From NCBI GenBank assembly GCA_965247055.1, contig CBDFGE010000006.1, positions 688,114-752,113 of the forward strand: a stretch of DNA of 64,000 nt, in the 5' to 3' direction. This document shows positions 38,878 through 49,088 of the stretch, piece after piece (position 1 is the first letter of the stretch; every line of letters begins with the position of its first letter). This DNA comes from Dehalococcoidia bacterium. Its GTDB lineage: Bacteria; Chloroflexota; Dehalococcoidia; Lucifugimonadales; JAGWBF01. The notes under the pieces are model-generated. The model ran no database searches and was not told the origin of the DNA. It saw only the letters and a program-made list of their open reading frames with translations. A program made the position numbers and the translations under genes.

Positions 38878-39852
38878 TTACCAGCCTGTACTTCCCCCAA
38901 GAAAGGCGGATGCCAGCGCCTCCTCAGACGTGTAGAAGAAGCGGAAGCCCGTCGCTTCCTTGAGTTTGTCCGTGCTCAGTATTATGGGATGGCGGACAAA
39001 GTCCAGACCTGCGGCGGGGGCGTCCTTCTGTATGCCCAGGTTCCAGGCCATCTGCACCATCGGGTAGGCCACGACGGGCGGAAGGAATATCAGCTTGCTG
39101 TGACAGAGACGCGCCATCTGGGAGTAACGGACGACCCCCTCTCCGGCGACGTTGAAGGTGCCGGGGCGGGCATCCATGATCAGGAGACGGAAGACCTTCG
39201 CCAGGTCATCCTCGTGTACGAACTGCAACGGCGGATCGTGGCCCCACACCCCGACCAGCAACGGCCTTGAAGAGGCCCGAGTCACGTAGTTGTCCGCCCC
39301 CGGACCCATGACCACACAGGAACGAAGGACCGTGACACTCACCTCGGGATTGTCCCCGGCGAACTGTTGCACCTCCGACTCACACTGCGCTTTATCGTAG
39401 GAGTACTGGAAGCCGCGGGAGGGACGGATGCCTACATCCTCTGTTATAGGCACCGGGCTGTCCCTGTGGGCCCCGTAAACCGTGTGGGAGCTGAGGTAGA
39501 TCAGGTTCTTGACTCCGGCGGCGCGACAGGCGTGGAGCACGCTTTGCACACCCTTCAGATTGGCCTGGCGTATGCTCTCCCTTTCCCTTCGACTACGGCC
39601 GGGCCTCATGATAGAGGCCAGGTGCACCACCGTGTTGACCCCATGTTCATGGAAGGTGCCGTCCAGGGGCTCGGTAACGTCTATCCTTTCCGAGGCGCAG
39701 TTGTGGAAGGGCACCGGCATGGGTCTCGTATCTATGGCTACCACCCTCTCCAACTGCTCCTCCGCCTCAAGTTCCTGGAGCAGACGCGAGCCTATGTAGC
39801 CCGAGGCACCGGTGACGGCAACCACCTGATAACGGTTATTCGGGCTTCGCAT
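38878..39852 (-). CDS. NAD-dependent epimerase/dehydratase family protein
   Basis: VAVTGASGYIGSRLL Rossmann motif and YSYDKAQ (YxxxK). The ATG at 39852 overlaps the upstream gene end. Confidence 0.8.
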   Translation of the reverse strand: MRSPNNRYQVVAVTGASGYIGSRLLQELEAEEQLERVVAIDTRPMPVPFHNCASERIDVTEPLDGTFHEHGVNTVVHLASIMRPGRSRRERESIRQANLKGVQSVLHACRAAGVKNLIYLSSHTVYGAHRDSPVPITEDVGIRPSRGFQYSYDKAQCESEVQQFAGDNPEVSVTVLRSCVVMGPGADNYVTRASSRPLLVGVWGHDPPLQFVHEDDLAKVFRLLIMDARPGTFNVAGEGVVRYSQMARLCHSKLIFLPPVVAYPMVQMAWNLGIQKDAPAAGLDFVRHPIILSTDKLKEATGFRFFYTSEEALASAFLGGSTGW

Positions 39853-40216
39853 CGGAAGGCACGTCCGTAAAATCGAATTGCAGCATCCCAAGGCCCGGGA
39901 CCTCGAACTTCATGCCGATCCGGTGAGGCTCGCCGCTCAGGGTTGCTCCCACGACAATTATAGTGGTGGCTCTGTTCAGGTCCAGGGTGAAGGGAACCTT
40001 ATTGGAAACCTCGGAAAAGGGGGTCCGCAACCCGTCCACCGAAAAGAAGCAGCTCTCCGTGGGGACCACCTGGCCGTCCACGGTCACGGGGAGGAGCTTT
40101 CGGGCATAGCCGGCTCCCAGGGTATTCAGGAGCTGGAACTGCACGCCCTCCTGCGTGTTACGCAAGCTCCCTCTGACGTAGAGCTTTCGCAGCAGGAAAC
40201 TTGGAACCGTCACCAT
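39836..40216 (-). CDS. hypothetical protein
   Basis: 126-aa ORF, translationally packed between the aldolase and epimerase genes. No family recognised. Confidence 0.45.
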   Translation of the reverse strand: MVTVPSFLLRKLYVRGSLRNTQEGVQFQLLNTLGAGYARKLLPVTVDGQVVPTESCFFSVDGLRTPFSEVSNKVPFTLDLNRATTIIVVGATLSGEPHRIGMKFEVPGLGMLQFDFTDVPSDAKPE

Positions 40217-40217
40217 C

Positions 40218-40940
40218 TCAGCTCCCCCTATTACCATAATCGCAGTCGCCCTTCGATCCCGCCGCCCTCTGCATCCGGAACAGCTCCTCTTCGATGCTAA
40301 TGATCTCCGGCGGCAGGGCGGTAGGTCTACCTAGGAGCGAGGAGTACACGAAAATCTGGGCCACCCGCTCCACCAGCTGACACACCTCGAGGGCCTCCCT
40401 GGGAGTCCGGCCCACACCCACAAGTCCGTGGTTCCTCAGGAGCACGGCTGTGCGGTCGCCCAGGGCCCGGCAGGCCCGCTCGGCCAGCTCCTCTGTGGTG
40501 GGGAAAGCGTACTCGGCAACCCTAACCGGGCCTCCGACCTTGACCACCATCTCGTCCACCACGGGGAAAATTTCCAGCCCGGCCACCGCACACACCGAAG
40601 CATACACCGAATGCGTGTGCATCACGGCCCTAACATCCCCCCTCGTCCTGTACAACCGAAGGTGCAGGGCGGTCTCGGTGGATGGGGCCAGATCCCCCTG
40701 CACCGTATCCCCCTCCAGGTCGATGACGACAAGATCGGCAGGGTCCATCTCCGCGTAGGGCCGCCCCGCTGGAGTAATCAGGACGAGACCCTGGTCGCGG
40801 GCGCCCGAGAGTCTCAAACTCGCGTTGCCGCTGGAGCCCATCACCAGCCCCTCCTTGACCATCTCCCTGGTCACCTCCCAGAGGGTCCTCCTCTCCGGGT
40901 CCCACCGCCCCGCCGGGTCCCCGCGGCGTGGCCCGCTCAC
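40218..40940 (-). CDS. class II aldolase/adducin-family protein (fuculose-phosphate aldolase-like)
   Basis: GTG at 40940 preceded by GAGGAGG. GSSGNASLR...ITPAG...STETALHLRLY...AVMHTHS...LLRNHGLVGVG motifs. Confidence 0.8.
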   Translation of the reverse strand: MSGPRRGDPAGRWDPERRTLWEVTREMVKEGLVMGSSGNASLRLSGARDQGLVLITPAGRPYAEMDPADLVVIDLEGDTVQGDLAPSTETALHLRLYRTRGDVRAVMHTHSVYASVCAVAGLEIFPVVDEMVVKVGGPVRVAEYAFPTTEELAERACRALGDRTAVLLRNHGLVGVGRTPREALEVCQLVERVAQIFVYSSLLGRPTALPPEIISIEEELFRMQRAAGSKGDCDYGNRGS

Positions 40941-40950
40941 CTCGGCCTCC

Positions 40951-42444
40951 TCAGTCCCATTCCAGACGCCTGTACAGCTGCAGCCATCGCTCATAGCGCT
41001 CCTGATGCTGGGCGAGCTGGCTGGGGTCTCCTGGCTCAATCTCCTCGTAGCTATCGCATGCCAGCTCCACTACCTGGGAGAGGTTCATCTCAGGCTGGGC
41101 ACGGGCGGCGGCCACCAGGGCGGCGCCCCGGGCGCTCACCTGGGGTATCAGGTGGCGGCGCACGGGAATGCCCAGGACGCCGGCCAGGGTCTCGGCCAGG
41201 GTTCTGCTCCGCGCCATACCTCCCCCCACGTGCAGGAGCTGTGGGTCCAGCACGGTCACCGCCCGGAGTATACCGACGTTGGCCCTGACGCTGTAAGCGA
41301 TGTTTTCGAGGGCCGCGCGGAGAAGCTGTCCCCGGTTGGTCTCCTGGAAGCTCAATGGGGTGGGGAACAGCAGCCCACCCAATCTCAGGCCCGCTTTCTG
41401 GGCGCTGACCGGCCCTGGGCCAAGGAAGGCCACCAGGCCGTCTGGCTCCGCCGGGGACTGCTGGGCAAGCTGCTCCGCTGTCTCGAAGGAGACATCAGGT
41501 CCCAGGAGCGTGTCCTTGAGCCACCGGTAGGCATTGCCGGCGTCTCCTAGATTCGCCTCCGCCACCCAGGAGCCGTCCTGATAACAGCCTACCCAAGTGC
41601 GCATCTCCTCGTCGAAGCACGGTCCCGATGTGATGACCTGTAGTGCGCCGCTCCAACCCATTACCGCCCCCAGGTCGCCTTCCCTCGTCAGGCCCATACC
41701 CAGCAGTCCGCATTGGGTATCCGGGCCTGCGACTACGACGCGTATCCCCTCCTCAAGGCCCAAGCTACGTGCCACGGCGGGGCTGAGCTCCGCCCACCCA
41801 TTGCCCTCCGGCGGCAGCGGCGGGAGCATCGACGGGAGCACTCCCAGCCCGCCTATCAGGTCAAGGCACCTTGTCTTTCGCCTTATATCCAGCAGCCCTG
41901 CCTCCCCGTCCAGGGCGGGATCGGCCAGCGGCACGCCCGTAAGCCTGTAGGCCACCCAGCACGCTATGGTAAGCACCGTTCTGGTCTGGCTGTAGAGAGA
42001 AGCCCGGTGATTACGAAACCATCGCAGCCGGGCCGGCACCATCATCATGGAGGGGAAATGGCCGGTGGTACGGTAAAGCGTTTCGCCAAGCTCCTCGTCC
42101 ATGGCCGCCCCTTCGAAGGTGGCACGTAGGTCCACGTTGGGGCCCGCGTATATCTCCCGTCCGGCGTGGTCCAGGAACACTACTCCCTGACGCTGGCTGG
42201 TGACCCCGATGCTACCAATGTCCCCGGGCCTTATGCCACTGGATTTCAGCAGCCCCGTTATGAGGTCGAACAGTCCGTTCATCACCTCTTCTGGACTGAA
42301 CTCCCGCGCCAGGGAAGGGCAGCCGGGGGGTACGTGGTAGTGCATGGGAGCGCTGGCCGAGGCTATGGGGACGCCCCGGGGACCGGCCAGCAAGGCGTGG
42401 AGGGCTCCGGTGCCCACGTCCAGGGCCAGGATGTAGCTACCCAC
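40951..42444 (-). CDS. FGGY-family carbohydrate kinase
   Basis: YILALDVGTG N-terminus, …GVTSQRQG…, and C-terminal …HVGGGMARS… FGGY_C pattern. Confidence 0.8.
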   Translation of the reverse strand: MGSYILALDVGTGALHALLAGPRGVPIASASAPMHYHVPPGCPSLAREFSPEEVMNGLFDLITGLLKSSGIRPGDIGSIGVTSQRQGVVFLDHAGREIYAGPNVDLRATFEGAAMDEELGETLYRTTGHFPSMMMVPARLRWFRNHRASLYSQTRTVLTIACWVAYRLTGVPLADPALDGEAGLLDIRRKTRCLDLIGGLGVLPSMLPPLPPEGNGWAELSPAVARSLGLEEGIRVVVAGPDTQCGLLGMGLTREGDLGAVMGWSGALQVITSGPCFDEEMRTWVGCYQDGSWVAEANLGDAGNAYRWLKDTLLGPDVSFETAEQLAQQSPAEPDGLVAFLGPGPVSAQKAGLRLGGLLFPTPLSFQETNRGQLLRAALENIAYSVRANVGILRAVTVLDPQLLHVGGGMARSRTLAETLAGVLGIPVRRHLIPQVSARGAALVAAARAQPEMNLSQVVELACDSYEEIEPGDPSQLAQHQERYERWLQLYRRLEWD

Positions 42445-43438
42445 GGCGCTTCCAGACTTCGCGATTTACAAGCCACCGGGGCCTCTGACCACGGAGGAAC
42501 CGGCCTATCTCCTCTACCATGAGCCACGACTGGCGCATCACCGTCCCGTCCGTGGCCCCTCCGATGTGGGGCGTGAGGATAACGGTGTCCAGCTTCAGCA
42601 AGGGGCTGGTCGGCACGATGGGATGGGTCCTGTGGACATCCAGGGCGGCTCCCGCAATATGGCCCGACTCGAGGTGCTTTACCAGGGCTGTCTCGTCGAT
42701 TACGGCGTGGGACGCCGTGTTTACGATGTAGGACCCTTGCTTCATCAGCCCCAGCCGGCCCTCGTCCAAGAGGCCCTCCGCCGGAGGCTCGGCAGACGTG
42801 TGAACGGATAGGAAGTCCGAGGCGCGAAGCACATCGTCCAGGGACGTTAGCTGGGCGCCCGCCACCTTCCTTCCCTCTGTACTGACCCAGGGGTCGTAAG
42901 CAAGGACGCGCATGCCGAAGCCCCTGGCAATCCTGGACACGGAGCGGCCGATGGAGCCCAGACCAACTAAGCCCAGGGTTTTCCCACTGAGCTCGATCCC
43001 ACCCATGGAAACGTAGGGCTCTACCGGGCTCTCCCATCCGCCGCCCTTAACGTAGCCGTTTAGCCGGTGAATGCCTCTGGCCAGGCAGAGCATGAGCACT
43101 ATTGTAAGCTCAGCCACCCCCTGGGTGTTCCTGCCCGGGGCGTTCACCACGGCCACCCCATGGTTGGTGGCCGCCTTCACGTCCACGTGGTTCAGGCCAT
43201 TCCGGCAGATGCCAAGAAACCTGAGGGGGCTCGAACGCCGGAACACCTCTTCGAATATGAAATCGGCCTCGGTTATTAGTACGCTCACGTTTTCGGCGTC
43301 GATACGGGCGCAGAGCTCTTCGGAGGAGTAGAGCCTGCGGGTGTCCGTCCAGCTCTCGTAGGTGACGGGCAGCATCCGTCCCAGCGCCGCGAGGGCGTCT
43401 TGCGCAAAGGGCGCCAGGACTAATGCCCTTTCAGTCAA
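42437..43438 (-). CDS. D-isomer-specific 2-hydroxyacid dehydrogenase
   Basis: GKTLGLVGLGSIGRSV NAD motif, …VNTASHAVID…, …LDVHRTHP…LTPHIGG. Confidence 0.85.
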   Translation of the reverse strand: MTERALVLAPFAQDALAALGRMLPVTYESWTDTRRLYSSEELCARIDAENVSVLITEADFIFEEVFRRSSPLRFLGICRNGLNHVDVKAATNHGVAVVNAPGRNTQGVAELTIVLMLCLARGIHRLNGYVKGGGWESPVEPYVSMGGIELSGKTLGLVGLGSIGRSVSRIARGFGMRVLAYDPWVSTEGRKVAGAQLTSLDDVLRASDFLSVHTSAEPPAEGLLDEGRLGLMKQGSYIVNTASHAVIDETALVKHLESGHIAGAALDVHRTHPIVPTSPLLKLDTVILTPHIGGATDGTVMRQSWLMVEEIGRFLRGQRPRWLVNREVWKRRG

Positions 43439-43468
43439 CGAATCTCCTGTGGTAGAGGCCGACCCGGC

Positions 43469-44347
43469 TCAGCTAGCTCGCAGCCGGGCACCCATCGGAA
43501 GCACGCTCTTCATCCAGGTCCGGGCGGTCACCAGGTATTTTTCCCGCCTGGTCAGGCTCACCCGCCCGTCGAAAACGTTGAAACCCTTATCTTCGATTCT
43601 GTCCAGGATATGGCTGTATATCTGCCCCAGCACCGCCGGGCACGCCCGGGACCGGGCCGACAGCAGTGGGAGCAGCCCGTAACCGCTGTCAAAATAGCGC
43701 CTGGCTCTCGCCGCCTGCAACTTCATCAGGAGCTGGAACGGCTCATTTACGACTCCGGCCTGGAGCTCTTCCACCGAGTAACCAGAGTCCCTTATCTCAT
43801 CCAGAGGCAGGTAGATACGGTCCCGATCCAGGTCCTCTCTTATATCCCTCATGATATTGGTGAGTTGCATCGCCAGACCCAGGTCCACCGCGTACTGCTC
43901 CGCCCTGGGATTGGAGTAGCCAAAGACTTTTATGCAGATGAGCCCAACCACCGAGGCTACGCTGTAACAGTAAGCCCGGAGCTCCTGGAAGTCCTGGTAC
44001 CGGGTTTTGGTGAGGTCCGTCTCCACTCCCGTGACTACCTGCTCGTAGTAATGGTCCGGTATCTCGAAGGTCCGGGCTGCATCAGCGAGGGCGGTGAATA
44101 TGGGCCCCTCGGGATGGCCGGAGTAGGCCGAGGATAACCTGCCCCGGACATCGCCCAGGAGGTCGAGCTTTTGGGCCACGGAGACATCGGCGTCGGCGGC
44201 GTCGTCACATATGCGGCAGAAGGCGTAGGCCGCGTAGATGGCCTTCCGCTTTTGAGGGGGGAGGGTGATGAAGGCGTAGTAAAAATTCTTCGCCTCTCTT
44301 CGGGTGATCAGGCGACATTGCTCGTATGCCAGGTCGAGGTCGCTCAT
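43469..44347 (-). CDS. squalene/phytoene synthase family protein (HpnC/HpnD/CrtB-like)
   Basis: AKNFYYAFITLPPQKRKAIYAAYAFCRICDDAAD and LGLAMQLTNIMRDIREDLDRDRIYLP carry the two Asp-rich motifs. 292 aa. Confidence 0.8.
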   Translation of the reverse strand: MSDLDLAYEQCRLITRREAKNFYYAFITLPPQKRKAIYAAYAFCRICDDAADADVSVAQKLDLLGDVRGRLSSAYSGHPEGPIFTALADAARTFEIPDHYYEQVVTGVETDLTKTRYQDFQELRAYCYSVASVVGLICIKVFGYSNPRAEQYAVDLGLAMQLTNIMRDIREDLDRDRIYLPLDEIRDSGYSVEELQAGVVNEPFQLLMKLQAARARRYFDSGYGLLPLLSARSRACPAVLGQIYSHILDRIEDKGFNVFDGRVSLTRREKYLVTARTWMKSVLPMGARLRAS

Positions 44348-44495
44348 CCCACATCCCCGGATGTTCTATCGCTGCTGTCCTGCTCCATAACGTTGAGAAA
44401 GGTTCATAATACTGGGGCTGGAATCCCATGGACTGAGGTGACACCGTTTCGAGGCGGCTCACCGGTACTTCCTAGAGGGGGTCCCTCCACCCCCC

Positions 44496-44939
44496 TTACG
44501 TCCCCACCACCTGGACCACCACCTCCCTGGGACGCGGGCGGTCTAGCTCTATCATGAAGACGCTCTGCCACTTGCCCAGCTGCACCGCACCCTCGACGAT
44601 GGGTATGGTCTCGCTGGTGCCCAACAAGAGGTGCTGACAATGGGCGTGGCCGTTGGGGCACTCGTCCTCCGTCATGTTCACGGTCCGGATGGTGAAATCG
44701 TTGTGCCTGTAGTTCCCATTCCGAGGGGACATGCGTTCCAGAAACTGCTCCATGTCCTGGAGGAGAAGGGGCTCGTTCTCATTTATCTTTATGGCTGCGG
44801 TGGTATGCCTGGAGTAGACCACCACGGAGCCATGCCCCACGTTAGCTTCCGCCACGCACTGACGGACCAGCTGGGTGAGGTCTACGAATTCCGGAGCTCT
44901 CGTGCTCTCTACCCTGAGACGGTAGGCCCGGACTTTCAT
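44496..44939 (-). CDS. YjbQ/UPF0047 family protein (secondary thiamine-phosphate synthase)
   Basis: …VVVYSRHTTAAIKINENE…GHAHCQHLLLGTSETIPI…GKWQSVF is the family pattern. ATG at 44939. Confidence 0.75.
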   Translation of the reverse strand: MKVRAYRLRVESTRAPEFVDLTQLVRQCVAEANVGHGSVVVYSRHTTAAIKINENEPLLLQDMEQFLERMSPRNGNYRHNDFTIRTVNMTEDECPNGHAHCQHLLLGTSETIPIVEGAVQLGKWQSVFMIELDRPRPREVVVQVVGT

Positions 44940-45027
44940 AGTGCCCACCTGCTCGCCCAGTTTCTCCGGGCTCTCGGGCCGACCTCTGGCAAGGCCTGGT
45001 GGCCCATCGCGCCGCCAGGTCGGGGTC

Positions 45028-47166
45028 TTACCCACTGTTTCCGTGTTCGCCTCTGGCACAACTCGGTCGTCCATGGTTCACATCCTTTCCGCTGGGCAAA
45101 AGACCCAACCTACGCTCGGGTCCCGGCGAACTCCGGCCATCCGGCCGCCAGGCCCCAAGGTAGGGCCGGCCTTCTAGCCTCAGGTATCTTCCCAGTGCCA
45201 TCGGGGGCCAGCAGTTGCGGTACATATGGTAGTTGATCATGAAGCCGGCGGACATCTCCAGCCCCTGGTAGCCACGCTCACCTGGCTCAGGGAACCGCTT
45301 CAGCCTCTTGCCGGCCCCGTAACCCGGGAATCCAGTCCCGGTGAAGTAAGGTTCGTCCCAGGAGCCGTCCTCCCGCTGGGTCTCCACCAGGTAGCGTATC
45401 CCCTTCTCGGTCGCCGGATTGAGCGCCTCCCCGGCCGATAATAAGGCCATGAGCGCCCAAGCGGTCTGGGAAGGGGTGCTGGGGCCCCTCCCCATGAGGG
45501 AGGGGTCGACATATGAGCCGCAGCCTTCGCCCCAGCCTCCATCCCCGTTCTGGTGGTCCAGGAGCCACTCCACCGCCCTTCGTACCCAGGGCGCGTGCAT
45601 GTCCTCCCCGATCGCCTCCAGGGCAGGGAGGACAGCCCCAGTGCCGTAGATGTAGTTGACCCCCCACCGGCCGAACCAGGGGCCTTCGGCCTCTTGCTCC
45701 CGCCTCAGATACTCGTAGGCACGCTGCACGGGAGGGGACTGCTTCGTGTATCCCAGCTTACCCAGCATCTCCACCACGTGGGCGGTGACGTCGGCGCTGG
45801 GCGGGTCCAACGCCTCGCCGAAGTCGCTGAAGGGAATCCTGGTGAGAAGGCTTCTGGTGTTGTCCTTGTCAAAGGCCCCCCAGCCACCATCCTTGCTCTG
45901 CATACTCAGGACCCAATGGACCCCCCTGCCAATGGCTTCGGCTCTTGCTTCGTCGTCAAGACCGTCCAGGCGGGCCCCGTTCAGGGCCATGACGACCTCA
46001 GCCACGTCGTCGATGTCCGGATAGATGTCGTTGTGGAACTCGAAGGCCCAACCCCCCGGGGGTGTCCTCTTATTCTTCACCTGCCAGTCTCCCCCGGTCA
46101 GCACCTGCTCCTTCACCAGCCAGCGGGTAGCCCTTTGAATGGCGGGATGGTCGGGCCGCATCCCCGAGTCCAGAAGCCCTATCTGCACAAGGCCGGTGTC
46201 CCATACGGGAGAGAGGCAAGCCTGGACCCGCCAGGTGTCTCCCTCTTCGACGGCGAACTCCTCGAACCCCTGCATGCCCTTCCTCATCACCGGGTGTTCC
46301 ATGGAGTAGCCCAAGTGTTTCAGGGCGATCAGGGAGTATACCCAGGGAGGCTGTATTCCCCCCCAGGAGCCGTCGGCCTCCTGATGGGATTCTATCCACT
46401 GGACGGCCTTCCGGATAGCCCTTTTGCGCCATGGTTTAACCGGCATCCTCTGGTACATACGAAGGAGCCTGTCTGCCACGTGAAAGACCCGGCTCCATCC
46501 CAGGAGGCCTTCCGGTGCCGGGAGGCAGTAGTCGGTCTGCTCCCTGGGGGCCGGGTAGAGCTCGTCTATGCACGCCCACCGTGGCACGGGACGCACCGGA
46601 CGCTCGGTCAGTATTATCAGCATGGGGACGATGGTGGCCCTGGCCCAGCTGGAGAACTCATAGATGCTCAGTGGGGACCAGTTGGGCAGGAGCATCAGCT
46701 CCGGCGGCATGATCGGGGTGCCCCGCCACTCCCACTGGCCGAACAGTGATAGCCAGATCTTCGTAAAGACCCGGGACCTGGGCACGCCTCCCCGGGACAG
46801 GATGAAGTCCCGCGCCTTGACCATCTCGGCCCGGTCGGCGGGAACACCCCCCAGCTTGAGGGCGAAGTAGCACTCCACTGACGTGCTCACGTCCCCCGGA
46901 GCGCCGAAGTACTGGCCCCAGGAGCTATCGTCCCGCTGCTGGCTGAGTATATAGTTGGTGAGCTTGCGCCAGCGCGCCTCATCCACCACGCCGAGGAAGT
47001 AGGTCAGAAGCAAGTACTCCGCCTCCATCGTGGCGTTGGACTCCATCTCGCCCCACCAGTAGCCCTCGGGGTACTGGATGGACAGCAGGTAGTCGTGGGA
47101 GCGCCGGATGGTGTGCTCCACGTCCTCCAGGAAGCTCGACCTTACGCTGCTACGGACTTCGGCCAC
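45028..47166 (-). CDS. shc: squalene-hopene cyclase
   Basis: DIDDVAEV (DxDD) motif, repeated QW motifs (…GGWGE…, …DGSW…), GWAFEF, and a terpene cyclase N/C layout. Confidence 0.95.
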   Translation of the reverse strand: MAEVRSSVRSSFLEDVEHTIRRSHDYLLSIQYPEGYWWGEMESNATMEAEYLLLTYFLGVVDEARWRKLTNYILSQQRDDSSWGQYFGAPGDVSTSVECYFALKLGGVPADRAEMVKARDFILSRGGVPRSRVFTKIWLSLFGQWEWRGTPIMPPELMLLPNWSPLSIYEFSSWARATIVPMLIILTERPVRPVPRWACIDELYPAPREQTDYCLPAPEGLLGWSRVFHVADRLLRMYQRMPVKPWRKRAIRKAVQWIESHQEADGSWGGIQPPWVYSLIALKHLGYSMEHPVMRKGMQGFEEFAVEEGDTWRVQACLSPVWDTGLVQIGLLDSGMRPDHPAIQRATRWLVKEQVLTGGDWQVKNKRTPPGGWAFEFHNDIYPDIDDVAEVVMALNGARLDGLDDEARAEAIGRGVHWVLSMQSKDGGWGAFDKDNTRSLLTRIPFSDFGEALDPPSADVTAHVVEMLGKLGYTKQSPPVQRAYEYLRREQEAEGPWFGRWGVNYIYGTGAVLPALEAIGEDMHAPWVRRAVEWLLDHQNGDGGWGEGCGSYVDPSLMGRGPSTPSQTAWALMALLSAGEALNPATEKGIRYLVETQREDGSWDEPYFTGTGFPGYGAGKRLKRFPEPGERGYQGLEMSAGFMINYHMYRNCWPPMALGRYLRLEGRPYLGAWRPDGRSSPGPERRLGLLPSGKDVNHGRPSCARGEHGNSG

Positions 47167-47184
47167 GCTACTCCCTTGCCAACC

Positions 47185-48195
47185 TCACGAAGCTCTCCTT
47201 CCTCGTCCAACCCCCACGTACCCGTGGTCGCGAAACCAGCTCACCGCCTTTTCGAACGCCCGCTCCACCGGGCTCTGGGGGAGCCCCAACTCCCTCACAG
47301 CTTTCGCACAGCTCACGTACATGGGCTTTCGGGACACCTTGAGCCCCTCCAACGGTATCGTGGGTTCCCTTCCGAGGACCCTTCCTTCGACAAACTGGTC
47401 CACGTAACCTGCACCGATTGCCAGCCAGGTCGGCAGCCTCAACCACGGCGCCTTCTTAGCGGACACCCGCTCGAGAAGCTTGAGTACCTGACTCAGGCTC
47501 ATGTTCATGTTGCCGAGGAGATACCGCTCCCCGGGCCTGCCCTTTTCCAGGGCCAGCACATGCCCCACGGCCACGTCCTCCACGTCCACCACATTCATTC
47601 CCGTATTGACATAGGCTGGGAGGCGCCCCCGAATAAAGTCCAGCACCAGGCGGCCTGTGGGTGTGGGCTTCACGTCCCACGGTCCCACGGGGGCCGTGGG
47701 GTTGACCACCACCACTGGAAGACCCTTCTGCACCATGGCTAGCGCCTCCCCCTCCGCCATGTACTTGGAGGCCTTGTAGTGACCCACAAGCTCCCTGGCC
47801 GAGGGCGTTGTCTCCTCGGTGCCCACGCCTCCTTTGGGTATGCCCACCGTAGAGACCGTGCTAGTATACACGCAACCGGCCACTCCTGCCCTGAGGGCCT
47901 CCTCCAGGACGATCCGGGTCCCAGTTACATTTGTCTCGTACATCAGGCGGGGGTCCGGCGTCCAGAACCGGTACAGGGCCGCGCAGTGGAACACCGCCCG
48001 GCAGCCCTTTACCGCCCTGGCGACCGACTCCCCATCCCTCACGTCTCCTGGGACCATCTCGATGCCCGTGCCTTGTAGCGTTAAGGTGCTACTCCCCGGC
48101 CTCACGAGGGCCACCACTTCGTAGCCCCTGCCGTGAAGCGTGCGGGCAACGTTCCCGCCGATAAACCCTGTGGCTCCAGTGACAAGTACCTTCAT
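47185..48195 (-). CDS. hpnA: hopanoid-associated sugar epimerase
   Basis: MKVLVTGATGFIGGNVARTL...ALVRPGS...GDVRD...AVFHCAALYRFWTPDP...YKASKYMAE closely follows the HpnA pattern. Adjacent to shc. Confidence 0.8.
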   Translation of the reverse strand: MKVLVTGATGFIGGNVARTLHGRGYEVVALVRPGSSTLTLQGTGIEMVPGDVRDGESVARAVKGCRAVFHCAALYRFWTPDPRLMYETNVTGTRIVLEEALRAGVAGCVYTSTVSTVGIPKGGVGTEETTPSARELVGHYKASKYMAEGEALAMVQKGLPVVVVNPTAPVGPWDVKPTPTGRLVLDFIRGRLPAYVNTGMNVVDVEDVAVGHVLALEKGRPGERYLLGNMNMSLSQVLKLLERVSAKKAPWLRLPTWLAIGAGYVDQFVEGRVLGREPTIPLEGLKVSRKPMYVSCAKAVRELGLPQSPVERAFEKAVSWFRDHGYVGVGRGRRAS

Positions 48196-48325
48196 CCATA
48201 GACATCCTGAGATATCCTGCCGCGTCTGATTGACGGTCCCCTTTCCTGGCAGAGGGCCGCCCCCGGGCAGCGCCTCTTTCTCTCCGAGACTCCGCCCACC
48301 GCGGAGCCTGGGGTGAAAATCAGTC

Positions 48326-49078
48326 CTAGCCATCTCCGGACCGGCTCCCCGCTGTCTTCCTCACACGTAGAAAGGCCGTGCAGAAAGCGGCCAGATTCGC
48401 CCGCGCCAGTTTCGCCTGCCCGGACAACCGAACCACTCCAGGGATACTCCACGGCCGGACAAGCCCGTTGGCCGCGACATGCAAGGCCTGCATCAGAGGT
48501 CTCTTGTCGCCAATCCCCGCCAGATAGGGCGGCAAACCCTGACGGGCCGTATCCAGGACGGCCCGCACGCTGAGGAAAGGTATCCGATGTCGGGCAACCT
48601 CTGCCCCCACCCAGAAGTCCTCCATGTTGGCCACCCAGGCCGAGGTAGCTTCCGCCAGCCGCTTCTTCTCCCCGGCCTCCGAGACCATCCGGTCTACTGT
48701 TAGGGAGTCGGCGACGAAGTGGCGTGGCGCCCCGGGACCCCTGATCGCCTCTTGGGCCTGCCTCAGCAGGTAGGAATCGGACGCAACGACGCCGTCCCAG
48801 CCCGTCGCAAAGAGCCTCGGGCAGAGGACCAGGTCCCCGGTGTCAAGTCCTTCCACCAGGGCTGTGGCGAAACCGAGGGACAATACGCAGTCCGGCCTCG
48901 CGGAGCCGTCCAACATGTCGGCTGTACCCGCCGACGCCTTTTTCGCGCCAACTCCGGTGACACACACCAGAGGGCGCACTTCGCCAGTGCGCGCTTTACC
49001 GGTATCGCTCCCGTTCAGCCAGGCTCGGCCCATGAGAAACGACACCTCTCGCTCCATCGATGCCACTATGGCAATCAC
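48326..49078 (-). CDS. hpnG: hopanoid-associated phosphorylase/nucleosidase
   Basis: PNP/MTAN-fold pattern (IAIVASMEREV…TGVGAKKA…NMEDF…). Sits between hpnH and hpnA. Confidence 0.7.
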   Translation of the reverse strand: MIAIVASMEREVSFLMGRAWLNGSDTGKARTGEVRPLVCVTGVGAKKASAGTADMLDGSARPDCVLSLGFATALVEGLDTGDLVLCPRLFATGWDGVVASDSYLLRQAQEAIRGPGAPRHFVADSLTVDRMVSEAGEKKRLAEATSAWVANMEDFWVGAEVARHRIPFLSVRAVLDTARQGLPPYLAGIGDKRPLMQALHVAANGLVRPWSIPGVVRLSGQAKLARANLAAFCTAFLRVRKTAGSRSGDG

Positions 49079-49088
49079 ACGCCCCGTC

